From positions 32,001 to 96,000 of the forward strand of contig CAVQBA010000006.1 of assembly GCA_963710605.1 (NCBI GenBank): DNA of 64,000 nt, given 5' to 3'. The position numbers were made by a program, and so were the translations under genes. This DNA comes from an uncultured cyanobacterium (lineage in GTDB: Bacteria; Cyanobacteriota; Cyanobacteriia; Cyanobacteriales; Cyanobacteriaceae). Positions within the stretch are counted from its first letter, which is position 1. Every line of letters starts with the position of its first letter. Below are positions 53,274-62,816 of the stretch, in pieces. Below the pieces are notes generated by a model, which worked only from the letters and a program-made list of their open reading frames with translations, was not told the origin of the DNA and did not search any database.

Positions 53274-54488
53274 ATGGCTACTTATATCGTTCAAGTTAAA
53301 GATAAAGCAGGAAACCTATTTCAAGAAAGAGTGGTTGCCGATTCTCAAGACGAAGCTAGAAGAATTTTACAAAAAAGATTTCCCGCAGTCGGTAAAATTA
53401 AAAAAGCAGGAGTTGACTTTGATTTAGCTAGTATTGAAGCGGCTTTAAGTAATGTTGGTGTAAAAGATAAAGCTATTTTCTCTCGTCAGTTTGCTGTTTT
53501 GGTTAATGCTGGGGTAGCAATTGTTCGCTCTTTGGGAGTATTAGCTGAGCAATCAGGAAATCCTAAATTTAAAAAAGCTCTAACTATCATCAGTGAAGAT
53601 GTTCAACAAGGAACAAATTTGTCTGAAGCGATGGCGAAACATCCTGATTGTTTTGATCAATTATATGTAAGTATGGTTCAAGCAGGAGAAACAGGTGGTG
53701 TACTCGATGAGGTTATGAATCGTCTTGCTAAACTATTAGAAGATGTTGCTCGTTTACAAAACCAAATCAAATCAGCAATGGCTTACCCTGTTACCGTCGG
53801 CATTTTTGCGGTACTTGCTTTTTTGGGGATGACCATTTTTCTTATACCTGTATTTGGAGATATTTTTACTCAGTTAGGAGCGGAATTACCTCTTTTAACC
53901 CAAACAATGCTTACTTTGAGCGATTTTCTCCGAAGCCCAAAAATAATTTTTCCGATCGTTGTCTTTATTGGTATTGTAATTGGTTTTCGTACATATTATA
54001 AAACACCGATGGGCAGGTTACAGATTGATCAAGTTTTATTGAAAATGCCTATCTTTGGTGATTTAAACGAAAAAAGTGCTGTAGCTCGTTTTTGTCGAGT
54101 CTTCGGTACACTGACTCGTTCTGGTGTACCCATCTTACAATGTTTGGAGATTGTGCAAGATACTATTCCTAATAAAGTAATTGCTAACGCCGTAGGTGGT
54201 GCTAAAGATGCAATTCTAGAAGGTGGTATGCTCAGTGTAGCGATCGGTAGTAAAAATGTATTTCCGCCAATGGCAGTACAAATGATGATGATTGGGGAAG
54301 AAACAGGGGAATTAGATGCAATGATGATGAAAGTTGCTGACTTTTACGAAGATGAAGTAGAACAAGCTGTAAAAGCTTTAACCAGTGTAATCGAACCGTT
54401 AATGATGGTTGGGATTGCGGGAATGGTTGGTACTATTTTGTTATCAATGTATTTACCAATGTTCTCTATTTTCGATCAGTTAGGTTAA
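53274..54488 (+). CDS. pilC: Type IV pilus inner-membrane platform protein
   Basis: FSRQF, AGETGG.LD, AMAYP, GEETGELD and SMYLPMF motifs. Confidence 0.96.
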   Translation: MATYIVQVKDKAGNLFQERVVADSQDEARRILQKRFPAVGKIKKAGVDFDLASIEAALSNVGVKDKAIFSRQFAVLVNAGVAIVRSLGVLAEQSGNPKFKKALTIISEDVQQGTNLSEAMAKHPDCFDQLYVSMVQAGETGGVLDEVMNRLAKLLEDVARLQNQIKSAMAYPVTVGIFAVLAFLGMTIFLIPVFGDIFTQLGAELPLLTQTMLTLSDFLRSPKIIFPIVVFIGIVIGFRTYYKTPMGRLQIDQVLLKMPIFGDLNEKSAVARFCRVFGTLTRSGVPILQCLEIVQDTIPNKVIANAVGGAKDAILEGGMLSVAIGSKNVFPPMAVQMMMIGEETGELDAMMMKVADFYEDEVEQAVKALTSVIEPLMMVGIAGMVGTILLSMYLPMFSIFDQLG

Positions 54489-54536
54489 TAATCAACAATT
54501 TTTCAGTACGAGAATTGACAATTAATAATAGTTTAG

Positions 54537-54660
54537 TAAGTAGCTAACCTAAATAAAAGAACGTTTGTAGTTACCCCTAATGGTGTCTAAAAAGCTATTA
54601 AGATAAGGGCAATAGCCCTAACTCTAATATTTTTGACGTTTAATTAATTGGGGCTAGTTA
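54537..54660. mobile_element. 124-bp miniature inverted-repeat element (TAAGTAGC family)
   Basis: TAAGTAGCTAACCTAAATAAAAGAA ... TTTTTGACGTTTAATTAATTGGGGCTAGTTA. Ends match 26063-26122 in inverted orientation. Confidence 0.6.
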
Positions 54661-54757
54661 ATCTTCACTGACTATTATTAATGTCTTGTTTTAATTGACT
54701 AAAGTTATCACTACAAGTTTTTATACCTCAACTATCAATTATTAAATATCATCGATC

Positions 54758-55348
54758 GTGTCTATCAAAAAATCTGATTACGAAAATGTTTTAGCCGATT
54801 ATACTAACAGAGTCTCAGTTGCATCTTTATTAAAAGAGCATCGTGAATACATGGAGATGATTCCTAGTATGAGAAGAGTAAAAGATAGTATCGTCACAAT
54901 ACCTCTACCTTTAGCAAAAATTCGTTCTGTACGATCGACTTTAAATCAATCGACAAATATTCTGCCGAATCAAGAACAAATAACTTCTATCCCTTGTGAT
55001 ATAGCTATATTAATGTGTGATCCTGAATGGAAGATCAAAATAGGAGTTGAGATTTTGATTTTTATTCATCGCCCTGAAGAAGACTTTTCCGATTTACTCA
55101 AACGTTGGCGACAATCACAAATATATTTACATCAACCATACGAATGGATAATGCCCACAAACGAACAACATATGTTTAGCGACATTGCTGAGCAAATTTT
55201 ACCCCTTTTTATTATTTTTCCTCAAACCCCCGATCGAATTAAAAAAGGTTTAAATGGTACTGGTTTACCTTATATCGAATACATTAATCAATCAGCAGAT
55301 AATAACGATCGTATTTTAGAAGAAGAAGAATCTGCGACTACTAATTAA
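54758..55348 (+). CDS. Conserved cyanobacterial hypothetical protein
   Basis: Y.EMIPSMRR, PCD.AILMCDPEWKIK.G.EI..FIHRP.EDFSDLL.RWRQ pattern. Confidence 0.75.
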   Translation: MSIKKSDYENVLADYTNRVSVASLLKEHREYMEMIPSMRRVKDSIVTIPLPLAKIRSVRSTLNQSTNILPNQEQITSIPCDIAILMCDPEWKIKIGVEILIFIHRPEEDFSDLLKRWRQSQIYLHQPYEWIMPTNEQHMFSDIAEQILPLFIIFPQTPDRIKKGLNGTGLPYIEYINQSADNNDRILEEEESATTN

Positions 55349-55509
55349 TTATATCGATCGATTGATCGTCTCTTGTCATGCAACGTCTTTGTTTGGGAAT
55401 TATACCCTCGATTTTTAAGCTCAGGAGCAAACCACAGCCAAACACTAATTTAAGATATAATTAATGCTTGACAATTGATAAGAATATTTAATTAACACAA
55501 AGAAAATTT

Positions 55510-57084
55510 ATGTTTTGGGCGGATAAAATAGCACAGAAATCTCAACAAGAAGAATTAGTTAACGATTCTAAAACCCCTTCAGGAAGAGTACACGTAGGTT
55601 CGGTTAGGGGCGTAATTATTCATGATGTTTTATATCGTGCCTTGAAAAGACTAGACAAACCTGTCAAATTTACTTATGGTGTTGATGATTACGATGCCCT
55701 TGATAATGTACCTCACTATTTAGATCAAGAAAAATTTACTCCTTATTTGGGTCAACCTCTTTGTAATGTACCTTCTCCCGATGAAAGTGCTTCTGATTAT
55801 GCTAAATACTTTATGGGTGAGTTTTTAGAAGTATTTGAATATTTGGGTGTCAAACCAGAAATTTATTACCTCAGAGATTTATATCGTGAAGGTAAACTAA
55901 ATAGTTATATCGATAAATTTTTACAACACGCTCAAGATATAAAAGACGTATATAAAAAAGTTAGTAACTCCGATCGAGCTGACAACTGGTATCCGTTTCA
56001 AGTTATTTGCCCGAATTGTGGCAAAATCGCTACTACTGAAGTTACTGATTATAATGGTGAAGAAGTTTTTTTCACTTGTAAAGAAGATGCCACCGATTAT
56101 GTCAAAGGATGTGGGCATCAAGGTTGGATTTCTCCTTTTGATGGTAACGGTAAACTACCTTGGAAAGTGGAATGGGTAGCTAAATGGGATTTAGTCGGTG
56201 TCACCATGGAGATGGCAGGAAAAGATCATTCTCAAAAAGGAGGCTCAAGAGATGTCGCTAATGGTATCTGTAGCAAAGTATTACACCAAAAACCACCTTT
56301 TCATTCTCCTTATGAATTTATCTTAGTTAATGGTACTAAAATGAGTTCGTCTAAAGGAGTCGGCTCAAGTGCTAAAGATATGGCACAGTTGTTACCTCCT
56401 GAGTTATTACGTTTTCTTATGTTACGTACACAACCACGTACGGTAATTAATTTTTCTCCTGATTATGAAACTATTACACGTCTATTCCGAGATTATGATA
56501 GTTTGATCGAAAAATATGCTGAATATAAAGCTGAAGATAAAGATATAGAATCAGATAAAAATTTGTTAGCTTTGCTTTATGCTCAAACAGATGGCGAAAT
56601 AGTTTCACATAATCCTGTTGAGTTGACTACCATCATTTCTTTATTACAAATACCTCATTTAGATTTAAAAGAGGAAATCATTAAACGATCGACTGTAGAA
56701 TTAACTGATTATGATTGGCAAAAAGTAGATGAAAGAATTACTGTTGCCCAAAAATGGTTAGATGATTATGCTGATGAAGAAGAAAAACTAGTTATTTATT
56801 TTGATGAAATTCCTGATACTGTATCGTTATTAACTGATGAGCAAAAACAGTATTTAAGTAAGCTTAAAGAAGTTTTATCAAATGTACCAAGGTGGGATGG
56901 TGAACCTTTACAAACAGCTTTATTTGATGCTCTAAAAGCGTTAGATATGAAACCTAATATTGCGTTTCCTGCTGTTTATTATAGTTTCTTAGGTAAAGAT
57001 AAAGGTCCTAAAGCAGGTTATATATTCTCTTATTTAGATAAAGATTTTGTTTTTAAACGTATTGATGATGCGATTAATAGCTAA
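55510..57084 (+). CDS. lysS: Lysyl-tRNA synthetase, class I
   Basis: MFWAD start, PSGRVHVGS (HIGH-like), CPNCG, GKLPWKVEW...W, GKDH, KMSSSKG (KMSKS-like) and C-terminal GPKAG. Confidence 0.93.
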   Translation: MFWADKIAQKSQQEELVNDSKTPSGRVHVGSVRGVIIHDVLYRALKRLDKPVKFTYGVDDYDALDNVPHYLDQEKFTPYLGQPLCNVPSPDESASDYAKYFMGEFLEVFEYLGVKPEIYYLRDLYREGKLNSYIDKFLQHAQDIKDVYKKVSNSDRADNWYPFQVICPNCGKIATTEVTDYNGEEVFFTCKEDATDYVKGCGHQGWISPFDGNGKLPWKVEWVAKWDLVGVTMEMAGKDHSQKGGSRDVANGICSKVLHQKPPFHSPYEFILVNGTKMSSSKGVGSSAKDMAQLLPPELLRFLMLRTQPRTVINFSPDYETITRLFRDYDSLIEKYAEYKAEDKDIESDKNLLALLYAQTDGEIVSHNPVELTTIISLLQIPHLDLKEEIIKRSTVELTDYDWQKVDERITVAQKWLDDYADEEEKLVIYFDEIPDTVSLLTDEQKQYLSKLKEVLSNVPRWDGEPLQTALFDALKALDMKPNIAFPAVYYSFLGKDKGPKAGYIFSYLDKDFVFKRIDDAINS

Positions 57085-57135
57085 TAATTGAGAATATCTG
57101 AATTATTGATTGTGTAAAAGTTATAAAGATATAAA

Positions 57136-57168
57136 AGGGACGTTGTTATGTAACGTCTCTACTTTTTT
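57136..57168 (+). terminator. Palindromic dispersed repeat positioned as a terminator after lysS
   Basis: AGGGACGTTG-ttatg-TAACGTCTCT followed by ACTTTTTT. Related to the GTAGAGACGT palindrome nested in uvrA. Confidence 0.55.
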
Positions 57169-57352
57169 ATGACAACAAATATTCCACAGCTTTAAAAGAT
57201 ATTATTCTTACTTTTAAAGTAATATATTAATCACTTTCAAAATGAAAATAGATAGATTCAATTTTGCTCCTTACTTATAAAGGTAAAAGTCTAGATAAAA
57301 TATTTTATTCTCAAAAGTATATTTAAAAAATATTAATAAAACGATCGGTAAC

Positions 57353-57514
57353 TATAGCAGTAAACTAGTTAATTACGACAAATATTGTGAATCAAAAATT
57401 TTGATTGAAAATCCATATTTCTCTGTATTTCTCTGTATTTCTCTGCGCTCTCTGCGTTCTCTGCGGTTGTATAATTACTCAATAAATGTCCTAATCAAAT
57501 CGTTTTTTGCTATA
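57353..57514. mobile_element. TATAGCA...TGCTATA miniature inverted-repeat element with internal short tandem repeats
   Basis: Terminal TATAGCA/TGCTATA, subterminal ATTACGACA / TGTCCTAAT, internal TTTCTCTGTA/TCTCTGCG repeats. Confidence 0.6.
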
Positions 57515-57579
57515 CAATTAAGTTTTACAATCAAAATTTGAAAATTAATAAAACACGATCGATTAATCAACTAAAAATA

Positions 57580-58071
57580 ATGAAAAAATCACCATTAAAA
57601 TCTAAAAACAAACTTTTCAATCAATCTAAATTGTTAACAATATTTTTAACTAGTTGGGGATTTAATCTGATTAATCTTAATTTAATTGAAGCCAAACCAG
57701 TAACATATGACTTTACAATTAATGTAGTTGAAGGCTCACTAAAAGGAAATACTTACAACGGTTTTTTTTCTTATGATGATGAAGAATTAACAGGAAAAGA
57801 AACCGAAACAATCAACGCCGAAAATGGTTTAAAAGTCTGTATGAACTTTTTTGATCAAATTCATAACGAAACCAAAGATGTTGATTATCCTCAATATCCT
57901 GTTTTAATATTTAATCAAGGTAAACCCGAAACATTAGATTTTTGGATGGAATCACCTAAACGTAGTATTTGGTGGAATCGTAATGGCTGGAATGTGGAAA
58001 TCACTCCAAGAGAAAATCAAACTCAAGTAACTAATTGCGATTGTTTAAAGCCATTGACAATGGATAATTAA
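57580..58071 (+). CDS. Probable exported hypothetical protein
   Basis: Signal-like N-terminus, then TYDFTINV..GSL.G..Y.GFFSYDD, a pattern seen in cyanobacterial exoproteins. No PEP-CTERM tail. Confidence 0.65.
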   Translation: MKKSPLKSKNKLFNQSKLLTIFLTSWGFNLINLNLIEAKPVTYDFTINVVEGSLKGNTYNGFFSYDDEELTGKETETINAENGLKVCMNFFDQIHNETKDVDYPQYPVLIFNQGKPETLDFWMESPKRSIWWNRNGWNVEITPRENQTQVTNCDCLKPLTMDN

Positions 58072-58453
58072 TCAAAGTATCAAAGTATAGTAAAGGACAA
58101 AGTTAAATAGACAAAGGCAAAGGATTCAAAGGAATTGATATAGACTTCATAATACTAATAATCACTAGATCAAATTATAACTATTAACTAAAGAGGTTTT
58201 TAATTAATGTTTTTTAAAAAATATAATTAGAACTCTTTTTTTTGTTTTTAACTATTATTATTTATATTTTTTGTATTTATAAAAATAAATAGCTTGTGTC
58301 TTAAAACTTAGTTGACACTAGATATAGTGGAAAGAAAATATGTACTGCAAAAACTAAAAAAAACGGTAGAAATAATCGAAACAAAAGATGTATAATAAAA
58401 AACCTTGAGCTAAACAAGAAATTACAGTTTTGTCAAAAAATAGATAAAGTACG

Positions 58454-59368
58454 ATGATCAAGTATCAAAAAAATAAAGAAAATAAAAGTAAGTATTATGC
58501 GGTCGCTTTACTTTATACAAATGGAGAAGAAAATCCAGAAGAATTATTTTGGGAAAACATCAGTCAACCATATAAATCAATATTAGAAGAATGTTATGAT
58601 TGTGCTGAAATAGGTAAATATCAAAAATTAGAACAAATTACTAATAATATTAAATATCAGCGTTTAAGCTATATCAAACTAGGTATATTACTTTATCAAA
58701 CTAGATACTATAAATTGTATAAAAAAAAGTATTATAGCTTTACAACTTATTGTAGAAAAGAACTTCATTATCATAAATGGAGAGTAAATCAAGTAATAGA
58801 ATCAGCACAAGTTGCAATTAAACTTATCAAAGCAGATTTCGATATAATTCCTCAAAATGAAACCCAAGCTCGAATTTTAACCAAATTAAATGAAGTAGAA
58901 TTAATTAGTAAATGGCAAGAAGTATTAGATACTTATGAGCCACATGATATAACAGCTAAAAGAATAAAAAAAGTAGTTTTTGGAGAGAAACAAATAACTA
59001 AAGGAACAATAAAATTACCAATTAATCTTATTACTAAAATAGAAAATAAATCATGGGAAATAGGTATCTCTTCCGCTGATTTGATTAGTAAAATAATTGA
59101 GGGAGAATTATTAATTAATAGTGATGGAAGTATAGAAAATCATTTAGTTGAAACAGAAGAAATAACTCATAATCCTTCAACAGAAGTATTAGAAAGATGG
59201 GAAAAAGATTTGGATAAACTAGTTTTATCTGATAGAAATAAAATAGATGATTTTGCTGAAGATTTAGCTGAAGAAGTAAAAAATACAGTAACAGATTTTC
59301 AAGAAGTGATTAAAAAACGTTTTATTAAGTCGTTTTTAGAACCTTTATTCAGCTTAGAAAATATCTAA
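58454..59368 (+). CDS. AT-rich hypothetical protein with F..YC...R....I.SA.V...PQNETQAR.L motif
   Basis: 304-aa ORF. The motif resembles helical proteins common on cyanobacterial plasmids/mobile DNA (recalled). Confidence 0.65.
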   Translation: MIKYQKNKENKSKYYAVALLYTNGEENPEELFWENISQPYKSILEECYDCAEIGKYQKLEQITNNIKYQRLSYIKLGILLYQTRYYKLYKKKYYSFTTYCRKELHYHKWRVNQVIESAQVAIKLIKADFDIIPQNETQARILTKLNEVELISKWQEVLDTYEPHDITAKRIKKVVFGEKQITKGTIKLPINLITKIENKSWEIGISSADLISKIIEGELLINSDGSIENHLVETEEITHNPSTEVLERWEKDLDKLVLSDRNKIDDFAEDLAEEVKNTVTDFQEVIKKRFIKSFLEPLFSLENI

Positions 59369-59461
59369 AGTAGTGGACAGTAAAGAGTGAACAGATAATA
59401 ATTAGTCATCAATACTTTTTACGAATTACTTAATTTTCAATAATAAACTATTTATATCTTT

Positions 59462-59503
59462 AATTCTCCCCGAATAATTGCGGACAGTGCAAGAATTCAT
59501 CTC
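59462..59503. repeat. Small dispersed repeat (copy 3)
   Basis: AATTCTCCCCGAATAATTGC-ggacagt-GCAAGAATTCATCTC, matching 3608-3647. Confidence 0.75.
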
Positions 59504-59509
59504 CATTCC

Positions 59510-61981
59510 CTATTTCCTAACGTATTTTGTCATTGCTTGTTTAATATCGTCACATTTAATCGGTTTAGCCACAAAGTCATTCATTCCCATTTGTAAACAA
59601 TTATCCTTATCTTGAGATAAAGCAGAAGCTGTCATAGCAACAATCCATGGTTGATTAACTTTTTCAGTTAATTTTCTTATTTGTTGTGTAGCTGAAAAAC
59701 CATCAAGTATAGGCATTTGTATATCCATAAAGATAAGCGGATAATTTTCACAATCAAACATTAAAACTGCTTCTTTTCCATTTTGAGCAACATCTACATT
59801 CTGATAACCTAGTGTTTGTAAAATTAGTAATGCTACTTGTTGATTAATTTTATTATCTTCAACTAACAATATTTTCAAATTATTGATTGATATTTTTTTA
59901 TTCTCAAAGTTATTCAATGAAGAATTACTGAGAGATTGAGAAAATAAATCATTAAAAGCTAAACATAATTGTTTGTATTGGATAGGTTTAGTGATGAAAG
60001 TGACTGGAGAAGATGTCGTTTTGGTTAATTTATTTTTGTGTTCTATACTTAGAGGTGTTAAATAAATTAAAGGTATTTCAGGAAAATATTGTTGGATATT
60101 TTGTTTGAGTTGTATTTGCTTAATTAGGGTTAAAGGATAATCAAGAATAATTACATCGATTGAAGCAAAATTAATGTTATAATAAGAATTAGAATCTTGA
60201 CATATCTGGGTCATTAAACCTAAATGCTCACAATACAAACTTAGCATTTCGATCATACTTTGAGATTCAAAAATAATTAATACTTTTTTATTCTTAAAGT
60301 TCACTTGAGGGCAACATTGACTTGCAATGGTTGTTAGGTTTTGTATTTGATACTCTAAAGGTAGAGTAACCTTAAATTGAGAACCTCGATTGATTTTACT
60401 TGTAACAGTAATTTCTCCCCCCATCAACTCAGTTAGTTTTTTACTAATAGTCAATCCTAACCCAGTGCCTCCGTATTGACGAGTGGTAGAAGCATTAACT
60501 TGAGAAAAAGCATCAAAAATATGCTTCAAACGACTACTAGGCATCCCAATACCTGTATCTTCAACAAACAAACAAACCTCAACTATATTTTCATCTACAA
60601 TCTCAATTTTTTGAGTAACAACTATTTCTCCTCTTTCAGTAAACTTAATTGCATTACTAACTAAATTAAGAATCACTTGTTTAATTCGATTAATATCTCC
60701 CACTAACAGATAATTATCTTGGGGGTAACAAACATAAATAAGATTTAAACCTTTTTTTTCAGCTTGTAATCCGACTACATTAATTACTGATTCGATATTT
60801 TCATTAAGATTAAAAGCAATTGATTCTAACTCTATTTTTTGTGATTCTATTTTGGATAAATCTAAAATATCATTGATAATCGTGAGTAGAGTATTACTAC
60901 TTTGATTAATAATAGATAATAAATTTTTTTGCTCTTGATTGAGGTTAGTTTGAGCTAATAATTCAGCCACACCAATAATACCATTCATCGGAGTTCTAAT
61001 TTCATGACTCATCGAAGCGAGAAAATCGCTTTTGGCTTTACTCGCCGTTTGTGCTTTTTCTTGGGCTTTTTTTAAGGCTAGATTACTCTTTTTTTCTTGC
61101 TCAAGAAGTCTAGCTTGACTAATGGCTATCGCTAATTGCTGGGCAACACTTTCGAGTAAATTTATTTCTGAGGTTGTCCAATTTCTAAATCGATCGCATT
61201 GATGTAAGCATATTAAACCATTTACTTGATTTTTATAGTAAGTACGGACACATAAAATTGATTTTAATTGTATTTGTTCACAAAAATCAATTAATGATTC
61301 TAACAAAGGTTCTTGATAAATATCGTTAGTAGCGATCGCTTTTTCACTTTCTTTAATAGCAAAGAAATAAGAATCACTAGCTGATAAATGCGTATCAACT
61401 CCTAACAGAGGAATAAAATCACCATTAATTGCTTCTGCTGTCATCTGAAAACAAGCTGATTGCTCACGATTATAAGTAAAAATTTGACAACGATTAACTC
61501 GAAAATGATTAATCAAAATTTGTACGGCTTGAGCAAATAACGTCTCGATATCAAGGTTTTGCCGAATATTTTGGGTAATTTTTTTGAGAATAATTTCTTG
61601 CTTTAATTTCTCTTCAATATGAGAAACTTTTTTAATTAATTTATATTTGTTTTGTACTTTTTGATACCGACAAATAATTACTTTTTTGTTGATTCGTTCT
61701 AATTTAACTTTAAATGGCAAACTTAAGTTATTTTTTGTGTTTACTAAAACTTCGTTTTCCCATAAACCTTCTTTTTTACAAACCGAAACACCTTTTTCCA
61801 GTAATTTTTGTGAAGATGCTTGATGATGCTCTAACCACGAATTATTTAATAATTCATTTTTTGCATAACCTAATAATTGCAAATATTGCTGATTAACAAA
61901 TATATATTTAGTTTCTTCAATGATAACTATTGCTTCATCTAGATAATTAATAGCTATATTTTTGGATTTATCTAAGATCAT
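59510..61981 (-). CDS. Hybrid sensor histidine kinase (PAS-GAF-HisKA-HATPase-degenerate REC-REC)
   Basis: FLASMSHEIRTPMNG, NLVSNAIKFT, DTGIG and GGTGLGL motifs. Terminal receiver with VEDN, FMDIQMP and KP. Confidence 0.93.
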   Translation of the reverse strand: MILDKSKNIAINYLDEAIVIIEETKYIFVNQQYLQLLGYAKNELLNNSWLEHHQASSQKLLEKGVSVCKKEGLWENEVLVNTKNNLSLPFKVKLERINKKVIICRYQKVQNKYKLIKKVSHIEEKLKQEIILKKITQNIRQNLDIETLFAQAVQILINHFRVNRCQIFTYNREQSACFQMTAEAINGDFIPLLGVDTHLSASDSYFFAIKESEKAIATNDIYQEPLLESLIDFCEQIQLKSILCVRTYYKNQVNGLICLHQCDRFRNWTTSEINLLESVAQQLAIAISQARLLEQEKKSNLALKKAQEKAQTASKAKSDFLASMSHEIRTPMNGIIGVAELLAQTNLNQEQKNLLSIINQSSNTLLTIINDILDLSKIESQKIELESIAFNLNENIESVINVVGLQAEKKGLNLIYVCYPQDNYLLVGDINRIKQVILNLVSNAIKFTERGEIVVTQKIEIVDENIVEVCLFVEDTGIGMPSSRLKHIFDAFSQVNASTTRQYGGTGLGLTISKKLTELMGGEITVTSKINRGSQFKVTLPLEYQIQNLTTIASQCCPQVNFKNKKVLIIFESQSMIEMLSLYCEHLGLMTQICQDSNSYYNINFASIDVIILDYPLTLIKQIQLKQNIQQYFPEIPLIYLTPLSIEHKNKLTKTTSSPVTFITKPIQYKQLCLAFNDLFSQSLSNSSLNNFENKKISINNLKILLVEDNKINQQVALLILQTLGYQNVDVAQNGKEAVLMFDCENYPLIFMDIQMPILDGFSATQQIRKLTEKVNQPWIVAMTASALSQDKDNCLQMGMNDFVAKPIKCDDIKQAMTKYVRK

Positions 61982-62816
61982 TTCTTAAACATAAGTAATA
62001 TTCTGTTATTGATTTTCATTATAAATCACAAACATCTTAGCCGCTATACTTTTACTAAACTTAATATTAAAATTATTTACTATTATATTTTTTAATTTTT
62101 TAGCCAATAATACATTATCTGTAATTAGAATATAAGCTAATATATCTCGAACTTATTAATAAAATAGCTTGGGTTTAAAACATAACGATGGCTAGTAAAA
62201 TAAAAGCAAAGCTATTGATCTCATAGATTAATTATTTTTGAGTAAAAGTAACAGCTCAAAAATACGCCTATCGTAATCTAAAACTCAAATAAATATTTAC
62301 TGTCAGAAACATTATAAGAGAATAAAATAATATTGATATTTATCATAGATAACTAAAACAGTAAAAATACAATTAAAAAATACTTGATTATAAATGTAAA
62401 TTATCTAAAGAAAGTGATTTGGAGCTAAAAATAGTATAGATTGCCTATAAACTAATCTAGTTTTAACTAGGATGATTTTTAATTTTTAATTAGTATCTAA
62501 ATACAATTTGAGGAAATAATTGGTAAAATTTAAGTAAATATTTCGATCGATAAAGATATTAAAACAACGTGATTATTTAAATGTATAGTTTGTATTATTC
62601 AGTGACCAAAGTTTAAATAAAGCTTTTTTTGGTAGATTGATTAAATAATTTAATCTATACCTACAGAACGATAGACAGTATGTCACAACCAAGAGATAAT
62701 ATAGTATTCACAACAACTGCTTAGATACAGATTTAGCTAAAAAAACTTCTGACAAATTTAGTGAAACTGTCTGTGTCATTACTACCAATTATTTTCATTA
62801 ACATACATATATATCA

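Noticed and set aside
11204-57084. Functional link between the PARIS-like system (tRNA-Lys cleavage in characterised examples) and class I LysRS
   Set aside because: The genes are more than 40 kb apart with no shared context. Nothing in the sequence supports a connection.
61140-61560. Cyanobacteriochrome photosensor call for the kinase GAF domain
   Set aside because: The DxCF and CH chromophore-binding motifs are not present (DSYF and LIDFC instead), so bilin binding is unsupported.
61982-62816. Long AT-rich intergenic regions (also 36094-36772 and 40744-41204) as ncRNA or origin candidates
   Set aside because: I could identify no convincing structured RNA, DnaA-box cluster or LexA box by eye.
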